Shown here piece by piece: positions 10,480 through 20,356 of a DNA stretch of 64,000 nt. Numbering within the stretch: the stretch's first letter is position 1; every line of letters begins with the position of its first letter. The stretch is from Patescibacteria group bacterium (lineage in GTDB: Bacteria; Patescibacteriota; Patescibacteriia; SG8-24): contig JAQTNC010000001.1 of NCBI GenBank assembly GCA_028714475.1, forward strand, positions 86,678 to 150,677, written 5' to 3'. The translations under genes and the position numbers were made by a program. Below the pieces are notes generated by a model. That model did not search any database. It was not told the DNA's origin and saw only the letters and a program-made list of their open reading frames with translations.

Positions 10480-11904
10480 CTACAGACTAACCTCGATGGC
10501 CGGACGCTCGTGGGCCGGGAAGACGGTCATGCCGCCGCGCGACCGCAGTTCGGCGGTCACGCTGTCGAGAGCGGCTGGACTGCCGTGGGAGACCACGACG
10601 ACCTCGGCTCCCAAGCCATGAATCCCGTCGATCGTCCGCCGACGGCCGTTATGCCCGCCGAGGCGATAGTGTTCGACGTCGCAACGAAGCGACATCGTCC
10701 TGACTACCGTCTCGCGTTGGCTGTGCCGCTGGCTGAACGTGACGTCCGGATTCCGGCCCAACTCGTCTCGGAGTTTGGCCGCCTTGAGGATCTTGTCCCC
10801 GTCCGTCCCTTCAGCCACGTAGCCGGTGAAAGCCACGGTGGCTCCCGGAACCGGCAAGAAACGCTGACGCCACCAGGTGCCGCAGCCGCCTGGGCCACCC
10901 ATGCCGGGCGGCACGATGGCGATGAGGCTGCGGACGGACTCGGCCACGATTTGGCGCATCTGACGATCCTCGATGAGCTTGACGCCCTTCAGACTGACTT
11001 GCCGGTCCCGGTTGCACCAGGAATAGCTAGGGTCGGTCATCATCGGTGCCAAACGGGCAGCGGTGCCGTCGAGGAAAACCTGGCCGCTCTGGGTGATGCC
11101 GCGCCGTGCCAGTTCGCCGGCCACGGTGCCGCCGCGGTGCAGGGAGAAGACGTAGATCAACATCTTGCCTCCGCGCCGAAGCGTCTCGTCGCACTTGTCC
11201 GCCAGCCGGTCCATCTCGGCCCGCCAGTTCGGCGGCTCCGCTTCGGTCGCGCCGTAGGTGCAGTCGGTGCCGGGCACGACATCCGGACGCCATTCGTCCG
11301 GAGTGGGCACGGCGCCCAGGATGCTGGGCTGATCGTGATCACACACGTCACCCGTGTAGAGCACGTTGCACCCATCGATCCGGAACGTGAACGAACACGC
11401 TCCGCCAATGTGACCGGTTGGCTGAACCCAAGTGTCGAGACCGCCAATCTCGTGCTGGCCAGGCCGTTCGATGGCCTGCAGACGGCTCAAGACGTCGATG
11501 ACGTCTCTCCTTCCGTAGGGCTTGGCGAGACTGTCCGTGTCGCTGTCCCAGGTTTCGATCTCCCGGTCGAGCAGGTACTCGAGCACCTGAACCGTCGGGG
11601 TCGTGGCGTAGATGAGCGCGTCCGGCGCAAGGTGCGGCGCCAAACCCGGCAACCCGCCGACGTGATCGTTGTGCGCGTGCGTCAGGTAGACGGAGCCGAT
11701 CTTCCGACCGTCACCGAACGCCGAGAAATCCGGCGTCCTGAAGGTCTCTTCCGAACCGCGACGGTCGATGACCGAACCGCAGTCCACGACGATGCGCCTG
11801 GCAATGCTGCCACCGCGATTGACGACGTCCAGCAACCCACACGAAGGCTCGATCTCGTTGCGTCCCGTGTGCCGACCCAGCCGATGCAATCTTAATGTAG
11901 CCAC
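10480..11904 (-). CDS. MBL-fold metallo-hydrolase (possibly beta-CASP/RNase J-like)
   Basis: LTHAHNDHVGG (HxHxDH) motif, 474 aa; GC looks higher than neighbouring genes. Confidence 0.7.
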   Translation of the reverse strand: MATLRLHRLGRHTGRNEIEPSCGLLDVVNRGGSIARRIVVDCGSVIDRRGSEETFRTPDFSAFGDGRKIGSVYLTHAHNDHVGGLPGLAPHLAPDALIYATTPTVQVLEYLLDREIETWDSDTDSLAKPYGRRDVIDVLSRLQAIERPGQHEIGGLDTWVQPTGHIGGACSFTFRIDGCNVLYTGDVCDHDQPSILGAVPTPDEWRPDVVPGTDCTYGATEAEPPNWRAEMDRLADKCDETLRRGGKMLIYVFSLHRGGTVAGELARRGITQSGQVFLDGTAARLAPMMTDPSYSWCNRDRQVSLKGVKLIEDRQMRQIVAESVRSLIAIVPPGMGGPGGCGTWWRQRFLPVPGATVAFTGYVAEGTDGDKILKAAKLRDELGRNPDVTFSQRHSQRETVVRTMSLRCDVEHYRLGGHNGRRRTIDGIHGLGAEVVVVSHGSPAALDSVTAELRSRGGMTVFPAHERPAIEVSL

Positions 11905-12100
11905 TGTCTCACCGTTGCGGCCGCGCCCATGGCGTTGCCGTCCTTGTTGGTTGTCTGCTGTCTCTTTTAAAGAGTCTTTGCGTCCCCGCAGAACGCGGAA
12001 ACAACCAAGTATTTAAGCAAAAAATTCTGGGATTGTCAAGTTTAGCGACCAAAAACGCCCTGACACAAGGTCAGGACGTTTCTTCAGTCAACAATGGCCT

Positions 12101-12694
12101 TTATTCGGACAGCGCGAAGCGGACGAACCGCGTGATGCGCATGTTCTCGCCGGTCGTGGCGATCTTCTCCTTGAGCAGTTCCTCAATGGTCTTGTCCTCG
12201 TCCTTGATGAACGCCTGATTGAGGAGACAGACCTCGGAGTAGAACTTGGCGAGCTTGCCCTCGGCAATCTTCTCGATGACCTCACGCGGCTTGCTCGAGC
12301 CCTCGAACTCGGCCATGGCCAATTCCTTCTCCTTCTCGACGACCTCCGGCGGGATGGCGTCCGGGGACAGATAGAGAGGGTTGGTCGCGGCAATCTGCAT
12401 GGCCACGTCATGGACGAACTGCTGGAAGGCGTCGGTGCGGGCGACGAAATCCGTCTCGCACTGCACCTCAACAAGCACGCCCATCATGTTGTTCGGGTGG
12501 ATGTAGGCGTGAACCATGCCTTCCTTGGTCGTTCGCTCGCCGCGCGTGCCGGCCTTGGCGATGCCTTTCTTGCGGAGATGTTCGGCGGCTTTCCCGATGT
12601 CGCCGCCACACTCCTCAAGGGCCTTCTTGCAGTCCACGACGCCGGCACCGGTCTTGGCGCGGAGTTCGGAGACGGTTTGGGTGTCAATTGCCAT
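12101..12694 (-). CDS. tsf: elongation factor Ts (short form)
   Basis: LRAKTGAGVVDCKKAL N-terminus and EF-Ts core. Confidence 0.9.
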   Translation of the reverse strand: MAIDTQTVSELRAKTGAGVVDCKKALEECGGDIGKAAEHLRKKGIAKAGTRGERTTKEGMVHAYIHPNNMMGVLVEVQCETDFVARTDAFQQFVHDVAMQIAATNPLYLSPDAIPPEVVEKEKELAMAEFEGSSKPREVIEKIAEGKLAKFYSEVCLLNQAFIKDEDKTIEELLKEKIATTGENMRITRFVRFALSE

Positions 12695-12708
12695 GTTGGT
12701 TGGGATTA

Positions 12709-12737
12709 GGTGGCGCGCGACAGGGTCGCGCCGCTAC
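12709..12737. repeat. family 2 repeat, half copy (right arm)
   Basis: ggtggcgcgcgacagggtcgcgccgctac, near-identical to the right arm at 14996-15024. Confidence 0.6.
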
Positions 12738-12740
12738 GTG

Positions 12741-13481
12741 TTACGCCACGCGCACCGGCGGGGCGGCTTTCTCCGCCTCCGCAGTCTGGCGCGCGCGCAC
12801 GGCCTGGCCTTCCTTGACGGCCTCGGCCATGAGCTTCGTCATGAGCTCGATGGTCTTCACCGCGTCGTCATTCGACGGAATCGGATAAGCAATCTCGTCC
12901 GGGTTGGTGTTGGTGTCAGTCAACGCGATGACCGGGATGTGGCGTTCGCGGGCCTCGTCGAGAGCGGTCTTTTCCTTCTTGAGGTCGATGATGAACATCG
13001 CTTCCGGCGGCCGGGTGATTTTCTGGACGCCGCCGACCTTCTCCTCCATCTCGACGATTTCCTTGGCGAACTTAATCTGTTCCTTCTTGGTGTACTTGGC
13101 GAGACCGCCGGTGGCCTGCTGGGCCTTGAGGTCGTTGTAGCGGCGGATGACGGCCATGATTTCGGTGAAGTTGGTCAGCGTGCCGCCGAGCCAGCGTCCG
13201 ATGACGTACGGCATGCCGCATTCCTCGGCGTATTTCTTGACGATGTCGCGAGCCTGGCGCTTGGTGCCGAGGAACAGCACGACGCCCCCGCGGGCGACCG
13301 TGTCGCGGACGAAATCCATCGCCTGCTGAAGCTTGACCTGCGTCTTCTCGAGGTCAATCACGTGAATGCCGTTCCTGGCGCCGAAGATGAACGGTTGCAT
13401 CTTCGGATGCCAACGGGACGACTTGTGTCCGAAATGGACACCGGCCTGGAGCAACTCCAGGATAGAGGGAACTTGAGGCAT
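12741..13481 (-). CDS. rpsB: 30S ribosomal protein S2
   Basis: LLQAGVHFGH, WLGGTLTN; ORF start is GTG at 13508, internal ATG at 13481 fits S2 N-termini better. Confidence 0.9.
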   Translation of the reverse strand: MPQVPSILELLQAGVHFGHKSSRWHPKMQPFIFGARNGIHVIDLEKTQVKLQQAMDFVRDTVARGGVVLFLGTKRQARDIVKKYAEECGMPYVIGRWLGGTLTNFTEIMAVIRRYNDLKAQQATGGLAKYTKKEQIKFAKEIVEMEEKVGGVQKITRPPEAMFIIDLKKEKTALDEARERHIPVIALTDTNTNPDEIAYPIPSNDDAVKTIELMTKLMAEAVKEGQAVRARQTAEAEKAAPPVRVA

Positions 13482-13742
13482 AAATATGGCCTTTAACCTC
13501 TGCGGCACTGACCACGGGATCGCTCGGCTTCCCTAAAACCGATCGACAGGCCCCGTTGTCGCTTGAGCCGCATGAGTGATGAATAAATGGAAAACGCAAT
13601 GAGGGCGCTTTCCACAGGCCACATCATATGACAGAAGCGAAAATAGTTCAAGTGGGCGGCAAGGCGCCCAAAACGCTTGCCGCAGCAAAACACAATCGCC
13701 GCCCTGCTAGAGAGCGGCGACGCAAGACGTTCGATCTCGACT

Positions 13743-14297
13743 TCACGCCAAAACCGGGCTCAAGACGCCATCGACAATGTCCGCGACGTCCGTGAATTGG
13801 TTCAGGCGGAAGGCGTGAGCACGAGCCGCCAGCCTTTCGTCCAACAATCTCCTCCACGGCTCGACATCCCGCTCGCCGTAAGCGAAACAGAACACCGGCA
13901 CCCGATTCAGGACTTGAGCCATCATGGCGGCGACCTCTTCCCAATCGGTTGGCAGGTCGACCCCGTTCAAGGTGCGCTTCGGACCCTGTTCTTTCGTGCG
14001 ACGATCCGGCATGAGCGGGCGCGGCCAAACCGTGATGACTGCCGCGTAATCTGGTGTCGGAACTGCCTGGGCGACGTGAACTGCTCGCGGACGGGCATCC
14101 TTCTGCGGGCACACCCGCAAATACGACATCGCGGACACAACTGAAGCGCCATAATTTGCCGCCATCAATTCGTCAATCTTATCCGGTGGCAAAGACGCGA
14201 GCGTAATTGTGTATCCGGCCTCGGGCAACACTCTGATGGCCGTCGGGAACCACCGACCGTTAACCGCAACCAACAGAACTTGTCTGTTGCTGAACAT
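13743..14297 (-). CDS. hypothetical protein
   Basis: start at Met18 (GGAG upstream); no recognisable family. Confidence 0.5.
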   Translation of the reverse strand: MFSNRQVLLVAVNGRWFPTAIRVLPEAGYTITLASLPPDKIDELMAANYGASVVSAMSYLRVCPQKDARPRAVHVAQAVPTPDYAAVITVWPRPLMPDRRTKEQGPKRTLNGVDLPTDWEEVAAMMAQVLNRVPVFCFAYGERDVEPWRRLLDERLAARAHAFRLNQFTDVADIVDGVLSPVLA

Positions 14298-14456
14298 GTT
14301 TGCTCCAATCTCCAAGGAACACGCTATAAGGAGATTAGCGCGACTCACCCGGTTGTCAAGCTTAGCGAGCCGAAAAGCCTATCCTTTCTCTCGTCCACCG
14401 CCCCAACAGCCGGGATTTGACTGATTTCCCAACCGATGATAATCTCCTAAGCGTTA

Positions 14457-14620
14457 GAGCCTATCCCAATAGGTATTCGCGGCGCGAAAGCGGACGTTTC
14501 CCGCAGGGACCGGCGCGAGAAACCTCGTCGAAATATCTAGGGATATTCCTCCTCGGTTTTCGCGCGGCCCTGCGGGAAGCCTCCCGTTTTCGCCTCGCAA
14601 ACCCCTATTGGGATAGGCTC
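14457..14620 (+). ncRNA. candidate structured RNA or leader: 166-nt long imperfect hairpin with a perfect 18-bp terminal stem, directly upstream of rpmE
   Basis: agagcctatcccaatagg pairs with cctattgggataggctct; inner halves ~80% complementary; apex hairpin aatatc-tagg-gatatt. Confidence 0.3.
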
Positions 14621-14636
14621 TTAATCCGGCATCAAT

Positions 14637-14906
14637 ATGAAGAAAGAAATCCATCCGAAATACTATCCTGAAGCCAAAGTCGTCTGCGCCTGCGGCAACA
14701 CCTTCACGGTCGGCTCGACCGTCGAGAGGCTGGATGTCGAGTTGTGTTCGGCCTGTCACCCGTTCTACACGGGCAAGCAGAAGATCGTGGATACCGCCCG
14801 CCGCGTCGAGAAGTTCCAGGAGCGCGCCGCCAAGAAAGATACGGGCAAGCTCGCCGCCAAGAAAGCCAAGGTGGCGGAACGCAAGACCGCGAAAGCAAAG
14901 AAGTAG
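14637..14906 (+). CDS. rpmE: 50S ribosomal protein L31 (Zn-ribbon form, Lys-rich C-terminal extension)
   Basis: [10 protein letters not shown], CxC...CxxC. Confidence 0.9.
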   Translation: MKKEIHPKYYPEAKVVCACGNTFTVGSTVERLDVELCSACHPFYTGKQKIVDTARRVEKFQERAAKKDTGKLAAKKAKVAERKTAKAKK

Positions 14907-15024
14907 CGGTGCAAAGACGGGGCGGGGTTGTAATACCCAGCTCCGTTTTGAATAGAATGAACGTAGCGGCCGGACCCTGTCCGGCACCACGAATAAGGTG
15001 GTGCGCGACAGGGTCGCACCGCTA
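14903..15024. repeat. family 2 REP-like composite hairpin between rpmE and prfA
   Basis: gtagcggtgc...gcaccgctac outer; inner gtagcggccggaccctgtccggcaccacg / ggtggtgcgcgacagggtcgcaccgctac. Confidence 0.7.
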
Positions 15025-15032
15025 CAAATCAT

Positions 15033-16100
15033 ATGGACATCTCCGCCGAACTCAATCAACGCCGCGCCCGTGCCGCGGAAATCGAGGCCGCCCTCCAGGA
15101 TTCGGCCATTTTCGGCGAACCGTCAAAAATGAAAAAGCTCAATCAGGAATATTCCGGGTTGAAGGAGGCGATTTCGCTCGGCGACAAGTACGAAGCGGCC
15201 GCTAAGGCGCTCGCGGACGCGGAAAAGGAAGCGGCCAGCGGCGACGCGGAAATGGCCGAGCTGGCGCGCGAGGAAGTCACGCGGTTGCACGACGAGATCG
15301 GGAAGCTCAAGCCGGAACTCGAACTGGCACTCGTGCCGCCCGATCCGCTCGACCAGAAGAACTGCTACGTGGAAATCCGCGCCGGCGCCGGCGGCGAGGA
15401 AGCGGCGCTGTTCGCCGCCGAACTCTTCCGCATGTATTCGCGCCTCGCCGAACGCCGCGGCTGGAAGACGGGGCTCTCGTCGTCGAGCCGCACCGAGCTC
15501 GGCGGCTTCAAGGAAATCATCTTTTACGTCGATGGCGTCAACGCCTATCGCGACCTCAAGTTCGAAAGTGGCGTCCATCGCGTCCAGCGCGTGCCGGAAA
15601 CCGAGAAGACCGGGCGCATTCACACCTCGACCGTCACCGTCGCGGTCATGCCGGAAGCCGAGGAAATCGACATCAAGATCGAGCCGAAGGACCTCCGCAT
15701 CGACACCTTCCTGTCCGGCGGCCACGGCGGCCAGAGCGTTCAGACGACCTATTCCGCCGTGCGCATCACCTACCTGCCGACCGGCATGATCGTCCAGTGT
15801 CAGGACGAGCGCTCGCAGACGCAGAACAAGGAACGCGCCATGAGCATCCTGCGCGCGCGGCTCTTCGCCATCGAGGAGGAGAAGCGGCGGGCCGCGGAGA
15901 CGGCCTTGCGCCGCGGTCAGGTCGGCTCCGGCGAACGCTCCGAAAAAATCCGCACCTACAATTACCCGCAGGACCGCATCACCGACCACCGCATCCACCG
16001 CAGTTGGCACAACATCCAGCAGGTTTTGGACGGCGATTTGGATCCGATATTCGCTGCTTTGCGCGCCGGAGCGATGGGTGACGAAGAGGATGAAGACTGA
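15033..16100 (+). CDS. prfA: peptide chain release factor 1
   Basis: GGQ motif ([12 protein letters not shown]), PET tripeptide at the RF1 PxT position. Confidence 0.92.
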   Translation: MDISAELNQRRARAAEIEAALQDSAIFGEPSKMKKLNQEYSGLKEAISLGDKYEAAAKALADAEKEAASGDAEMAELAREEVTRLHDEIGKLKPELELALVPPDPLDQKNCYVEIRAGAGGEEAALFAAELFRMYSRLAERRGWKTGLSSSSRTELGGFKEIIFYVDGVNAYRDLKFESGVHRVQRVPETEKTGRIHTSTVTVAVMPEAEEIDIKIEPKDLRIDTFLSGGHGGQSVQTTYSAVRITYLPTGMIVQCQDERSQTQNKERAMSILRARLFAIEEEKRRAAETALRRGQVGSGERSEKIRTYNYPQDRITDHRIHRSWHNIQQVLDGDLDPIFAALRAGAMGDEEDED

Positions 16101-16116
16101 TATGCCCGAATCCACG

Positions 16117-16157
16117 GCTCCAGCACTCCAGCGCTCCAGCACTCCAGCACTTCACCA
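16117..16157 (+). repeat. tandem 9-mer repeat (CCAGCACTC/CCAGCGCTC) x4, CAGCACT family
   Basis: ctccagcactccagcgctccagcactccagcacttcacc between prfA stop and the next start. Confidence 0.7.
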
Positions 16158-16167
16158 AGCCGTCATC

Positions 16168-16836
16168 ATGGCGGCTGGCCTCGGCACGCGCCTGCGTCCG
16201 CACACGCTCGAGACGCCGAAGCCGCTCTTGGCCGTCGCTGGTCGGCCGATCCTAGAATGGAACATCGATGCCTTGCCTAAGGAAATCGAGGAAATCATCC
16301 TCGTCGTCGGCTACCTACAAGAAAAAATACGCGAACATTTCGGCGCCGAGTGGGGTAGCCGACGTGTGCGCTACATCGAGCAGGCGGAACTCAAGGGCAC
16401 GGGCCACGCGCTCTTCGCCTGCCAGAACCAGCTGCACGACCGCTTCCTCGTGCTGAACGGCGACGATTTGTACGGCGTGGACGATTTGGCGGAACTCGCG
16501 CGCCACGACCTCGCCATTCTCGCCAAGGAGACGAACAAATCCTGCCGTTACGGCGCGTTCCACACCGACGAGCAGGGGCGGCTTCTTGCCATCATCGAAG
16601 GCGGCGAAACCCAGCCCGGCGCGCTCGTGAACGCCGGTGCTTACGTCCTCGACCGCGACATCTTCGACTGCCCGCTCGTGCCCATCCGCGACGGGAAGGA
16701 ATTTGGTCTGCCGCAGACCGTCGTCCTGCTCGCCCAAAAACGCCCGGTGGACATCGTCCGCGCCAACTTCTGGGTGCCCATCGGCTTTCCGGATGATTTG
16801 GAAATCGCGACCGCAGCGCTGCAGGAGCGGCTATGA
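16168..16836 (+). CDS. sugar-phosphate nucleotidyltransferase (RmlA/GlmU-like N-terminal domain)
   Basis: MAAGLGTRLRP (GxGTRLxP) motif; alternative ATG at 16102 would add a repeat-encoded N-extension. Confidence 0.7.
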   Translation: MAAGLGTRLRPHTLETPKPLLAVAGRPILEWNIDALPKEIEEIILVVGYLQEKIREHFGAEWGSRRVRYIEQAELKGTGHALFACQNQLHDRFLVLNGDDLYGVDDLAELARHDLAILAKETNKSCRYGAFHTDEQGRLLAIIEGGETQPGALVNAGAYVLDRDIFDCPLVPIRDGKEFGLPQTVVLLAQKRPVDIVRANFWVPIGFPDDLEIATAALQERL

Positions 16837-17747
16837 AATCGCCAAAAAAACGCTTGCCCCGACAAAACAAGGCCACGCCGGAAACGGTCGCGGCACTTTT
16901 GGCTTCTGGAAGACAACAACTCGGTAGTCACGTTTGTCCTGACGTCGACGCCGGACGAGAAGCCGAACTCCTGCTCGCCACGGCCATGAAACGCGACCGC
17001 GTTTTCCTTTTCGCGCATCCGGAAGCAACCGTCACGAAAACGGTTGCCAATAAATTCCGCGACCTCGTCCGCCGTCGGCTGAAACACGAACCCATCGCCT
17101 ATCTCGTCGGCTTCCAGCCGTTCGTGGGCCGCGATTTCAAGGTTAATCGCCGCACCCTCATTCCCCGTCCCGCGACCGAACACATCGTGACCGCCGCCAT
17201 CGAAGCAGCCAAGGCCGTGCCGGACACCGCCATCGCCGACATCGGCACCGGCTCCGGCTGCATTGCCCTCACGCTCGCGGCGGAAATGACCGGCATGAAT
17301 GTATTTGCCACCGATGCCTCTGCCTCCGCCCTGGTCATCGCCCGCGCGAACGCACGAAAACTCAATTTATCCAAGCAAGTAATCTTTCTGAAAGGGAACC
17401 TCGCCGCGCCGGTTCTCAAAAAAATCTCGTCCGTCCAGCCGCTCATCGTCGTCGCCAATCTACCGTATATATCAACCGCGCACTGGCGTAAACTGCGGCC
17501 GGGAATAAAAAAATACGAACCGAGATCCGCCCTCGTCGCCGGCCGCGACGGCCTCGATGACTACCGCGCCCTGCTCGCCCAGCTTGTCGCCGCCAAACGC
17601 CGCGCCCCGACGACCATCATCATGGAAATCCTGCCAAAACAATTTCGCCCCCTCGCCGCGGTCATCCGTCGCTCCTTCGGTGCCGAAGCAAAGCCCATCA
17701 AAAACCTCGCCGGCATCGCGGTCGGACTGACCGCCTTGTTAAAATAG
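16833..17747 (+). CDS. prmC: release factor glutamine methyltransferase
   Basis: DIGTGSGCIAL SAM motif and NLPY (NPPY-type) motif; ATGA overlap with the upstream gene. Confidence 0.88.
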   Translation: MKSPKKRLPRQNKATPETVAALLASGRQQLGSHVCPDVDAGREAELLLATAMKRDRVFLFAHPEATVTKTVANKFRDLVRRRLKHEPIAYLVGFQPFVGRDFKVNRRTLIPRPATEHIVTAAIEAAKAVPDTAIADIGTGSGCIALTLAAEMTGMNVFATDASASALVIARANARKLNLSKQVIFLKGNLAAPVLKKISSVQPLIVVANLPYISTAHWRKLRPGIKKYEPRSALVAGRDGLDDYRALLAQLVAAKRRAPTTIIMEILPKQFRPLAAVIRRSFGAEAKPIKNLAGIAVGLTALLK

Positions 17748-17845
17748 TTTTTCTGGCGCGCAAAACCAGTCAGAAGGCAGTGACGTATTCAAAAAATTAG
17801 CGACCCGGGGCACAAGGCACCGGGCCGCGTATTCTGACCAGTCGA

Positions 17846-18592
17846 TCAGAGATTAAGACGGCTTTTTCGGCGAAAGAAACGCTCGGCGCGCCGCAACAAT
17901 CGGAAATTGCCGGGGTAATGCGCGCCGGCATACGTGGTTCCGCCCCAATCAAGCGCCACGAGAAGGCATTGCATCGAGCCGAGATCGATGATTCTCCCGT
18001 CCTCGACGGTGTGCTGGTCGCTCGTGCAGAAATCGCTCGCGGTGCCCTTCGGCGCGACGAGCGCCGGCAGACCTTCGGTCAGGATACCGAACATTCCGCG
18101 ATGTCGAACGACCATCTGGAAGTACGGGATGGCCCCGATGTCACCTCGCTCCACATGCGTCCCACCCCAGAAATCGGCCAGTGAAAATGACCTCTCTACT
18201 CGATCGCCAAACCTGGACAGCTTGGCGGAGCATTGCTCATAGCCGGCCTCGGTGTGGAACGAGACGGTCGCGAGTCGGCCGGTTACGAAGTCGTAGTAGA
18301 CGTCGAAAGCGCCAAACTCGCCTAAATCGCTGCACGGCGAACGCCTTTGGGCAATCTCGTAGCCCATCTGGCCCTCGTCCTTCTTGAGCTTCAGGAGCAC
18401 GGTGATTTCCGTTTCCGGTGCCACCTCGCAACGACCGACTTCGTATGCCCACCGCGTGCCGCCTCGGCCGATTGGCTGGCATTGGCCATCACGCGCCACA
18501 TGACTCGCAAACACCGAACGGATTCTTTCCAGAAGATCAGGACGCCCAAGCAGGGCGGCCCTCACCTGTAAAGTCCTTTCAAGATACTGCAT
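17846..18592 (-). CDS. hypothetical protein
   Basis: ATG at 18592 preceded by GAAAGGAGGG; no recognisable family. Confidence 0.55.
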   Translation of the reverse strand: MQYLERTLQVRAALLGRPDLLERIRSVFASHVARDGQCQPIGRGGTRWAYEVGRCEVAPETEITVLLKLKKDEGQMGYEIAQRRSPCSDLGEFGAFDVYYDFVTGRLATVSFHTEAGYEQCSAKLSRFGDRVERSFSLADFWGGTHVERGDIGAIPYFQMVVRHRGMFGILTEGLPALVAPKGTASDFCTSDQHTVEDGRIIDLGSMQCLLVALDWGGTTYAGAHYPGNFRLLRRAERFFRRKSRLNL

Positions 18593-18739
18593 TGCCACCC
18601 TCCTTTCTGCGCTGCTGACTCCGGGTGTTAACGCGCCCAGACTTTAACATCGTCGCCAACCAGCGTCAATCCTGGTGCCTGGCACCAAAGGGACAGTCAA
18701 GCTTTAGTCGAGCGACGATCGCCTGATTTCTGTTCTTCA

Positions 18740-18766
18740 CGAAAAACCCCGGCCTGATGCCGGGGC
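18740..18766 (-). terminator. rho-independent terminator after the pilin/DUF3048 operon
   Basis: minus strand ccccggc-atcag-gccgggg followed by TTTTTCG. Confidence 0.7.
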
Positions 18767-18782
18767 TCTTGATAATCATTAC

Positions 18783-19208
18783 CTATGGCTTCGCGTAATG
18801 CTCCCCCTTCGGCTGGACCCGATCTGATTCGAGCGTGTAGCGGATGGAATAATCAGCGCCACCGCCCTTGTACAGCAAACACTTGGTCATGTCATCCGGC
18901 CATTTCGGGTCATGAAAAATCTTGGTGTCCTCAAGAAACTTCCCGTCCGTGAGCGCCTTGACGAGTGCGTCCTGCCCGGTGATGCAGCCGGTAAACTCCG
19001 GGTAAGCATCGCGCGCGGACTGGTAAAGGGCGAGCGCCTTCTGAATCTGCTGAACCGCGGCCGTGCGCGTCACGTCACGCCTGAAAGTTGCCTGTTGGGC
19101 CGCCACCAAGAGCACCAAAGTCAGGAAGGTCAGAAAAGCCATCAAGGCGAGCATGAGTTCCATGACCGTGAAACCGCGAACAGAATCTGGACGAAGTTGT
19201 TTTGACAT
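18783..19208 (-). CDS. type IV pilin-like / pseudopilin protein (prepilin N-terminal cleavage-methylation domain)
   Basis: RGFTVMELMLALMAFLTFLTLVLL matches the G/FTxxE prepilin signature; ATG at 19208 lies 8 nt after the upstream stop. Confidence 0.7.
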   Translation of the reverse strand: MSKQLRPDSVRGFTVMELMLALMAFLTFLTLVLLVAAQQATFRRDVTRTAAVQQIQKALALYQSARDAYPEFTGCITGQDALVKALTDGKFLEDTKIFHDPKWPDDMTKCLLYKGGGADYSIRYTLESDRVQPKGEHYAKP

Positions 19209-19216
19209 TATCGTAA

Positions 19217-20356
19217 TCAATAGGTGACGACCGCGCTCGTCGGCGCCATCTCCACCCAGGTTATGCCTGGGTTGAAGGCGATGGGCTGGCCATTCTCATC
19301 GAAATACGCGGTGCGCCCGCCGGCTGAACGGCGCCAGACGGCCGGCGTAACCACGCCGTCGTTGGCCACGAGAGCCTCTCCTTCGCCGGTGGTGGTGATG
19401 CGCCGCCGGCCGACCTCGTCTAGGATGACTACCTTAACGTATTGTACAACGACATTCTTCGCCCGTATAGCCGCGCCGTCGTCGCGCGCCGGCGTCTCGT
19501 TCTGATATCGCCGGTAGTCGTTGGTGGCGCGGTCATACCGCCAGACCGCGCGGTAAGCCTCGACCGAGAAATCCACCGAAATGTCCGGGGCGGTTTCCGG
19601 CCGCGCCTCGAGCGGTGCCTCGTCCTTGTACGGCCAAGCGGCCGCTGGCGTCAAGACGTGGTCAGGAAAAACGGCGTTCGCGGCGGAGTTGAGCAAGTCG
19701 GTGGAGGTATAAACGTTGTGCGGCGCGTCCCGACCCGTATCCCGCCAGAAATACTTGCCGCGGAAGAACTCGTTGAGATCGCGGAGCGACAAGGACTTCA
19801 GCTTTGTGAGCGCCTCCGGACTGCCGCCGCAATGGGCATACAGGGCGTCCAGCTCGCCGGCCCAATCCAGGTAATACGGCCGCGCCGACCGCACCGGCCC
19901 GATCTTCGCGACCTTCTCGTCGGCCGGATAAAACGCCAGGAAGCGGGTGATGCCGCCCTCGGCCGGCGCCTCGACGACGAGCCGCGCCGCCGCCACGCCG
20001 GACGAAGGGCGCGCCTCAACCATGTTGTCAATCATGACCGCGAAAACGTCCGGCTCGACATAATCCGCGGCGACCGCCTGCCCGTCGAGCGCGCGCCGCT
20101 TTTCCACCGGCTCCGGCTTCACCGCGTCCTCCGTCAGCTGGCCGCGCCTTTGGGCAAAACCACCAAACCACGGCATATAACCCTGCCAATAGGTCCAACC
20201 CAGCGCCGCCACGGCGACCACGACCACGAACGCCAGTGCACTCCACATGACGGCCGAGCGCCAAAAACCGTCAGGGTTAGCCGAAACCGTCCGAGAACCG
20301 GGTTTCAGCGCCTGGCGGGCGTTTTTTTCGCTTGATGGACGCGTCTGATTAATCAT
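19217..20356 (-). CDS. DUF3048 (YerB-like) family membrane-anchored protein
   Basis: EGGITRFLAFY and PVRSARPYYLDWAGELDALYAHCGGSPEA resemble DUF3048; AAAGGTGA SD; N-terminal TM helix. Confidence 0.65.
   Translation of the reverse strand: MINQTRPSSEKNARQALKPGSRTVSANPDGFWRSAVMWSALAFVVVVAVAALGWTYWQGYMPWFGGFAQRRGQLTEDAVKPEPVEKRRALDGQAVAADYVEPDVFAVMIDNMVEARPSSGVAAARLVVEAPAEGGITRFLAFYPADEKVAKIGPVRSARPYYLDWAGELDALYAHCGGSPEALTKLKSLSLRDLNEFFRGKYFWRDTGRDAPHNVYTSTDLLNSAANAVFPDHVLTPAAAWPYKDEAPLEARPETAPDISVDFSVEAYRAVWRYDRATNDYRRYQNETPARDDGAAIRAKNVVVQYVKVVILDEVGRRRITTTGEGEALVANDGVVTPAVWRRSAGGRTAYFDENGQPIAFNPGITWVEMAPTSAVVTY

Noticed and set aside
10468-11895. 475-aa plus-strand ORF
   Set aside because: Antisense to the MBL hydrolase, which has clear catalytic motifs.
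15123-16142. 339-aa minus-strand ORF
   Set aside because: Antisense to prfA.
19442-20335. 297-aa plus-strand ORF
   Set aside because: Antisense to the DUF3048 gene; Arg-rich.
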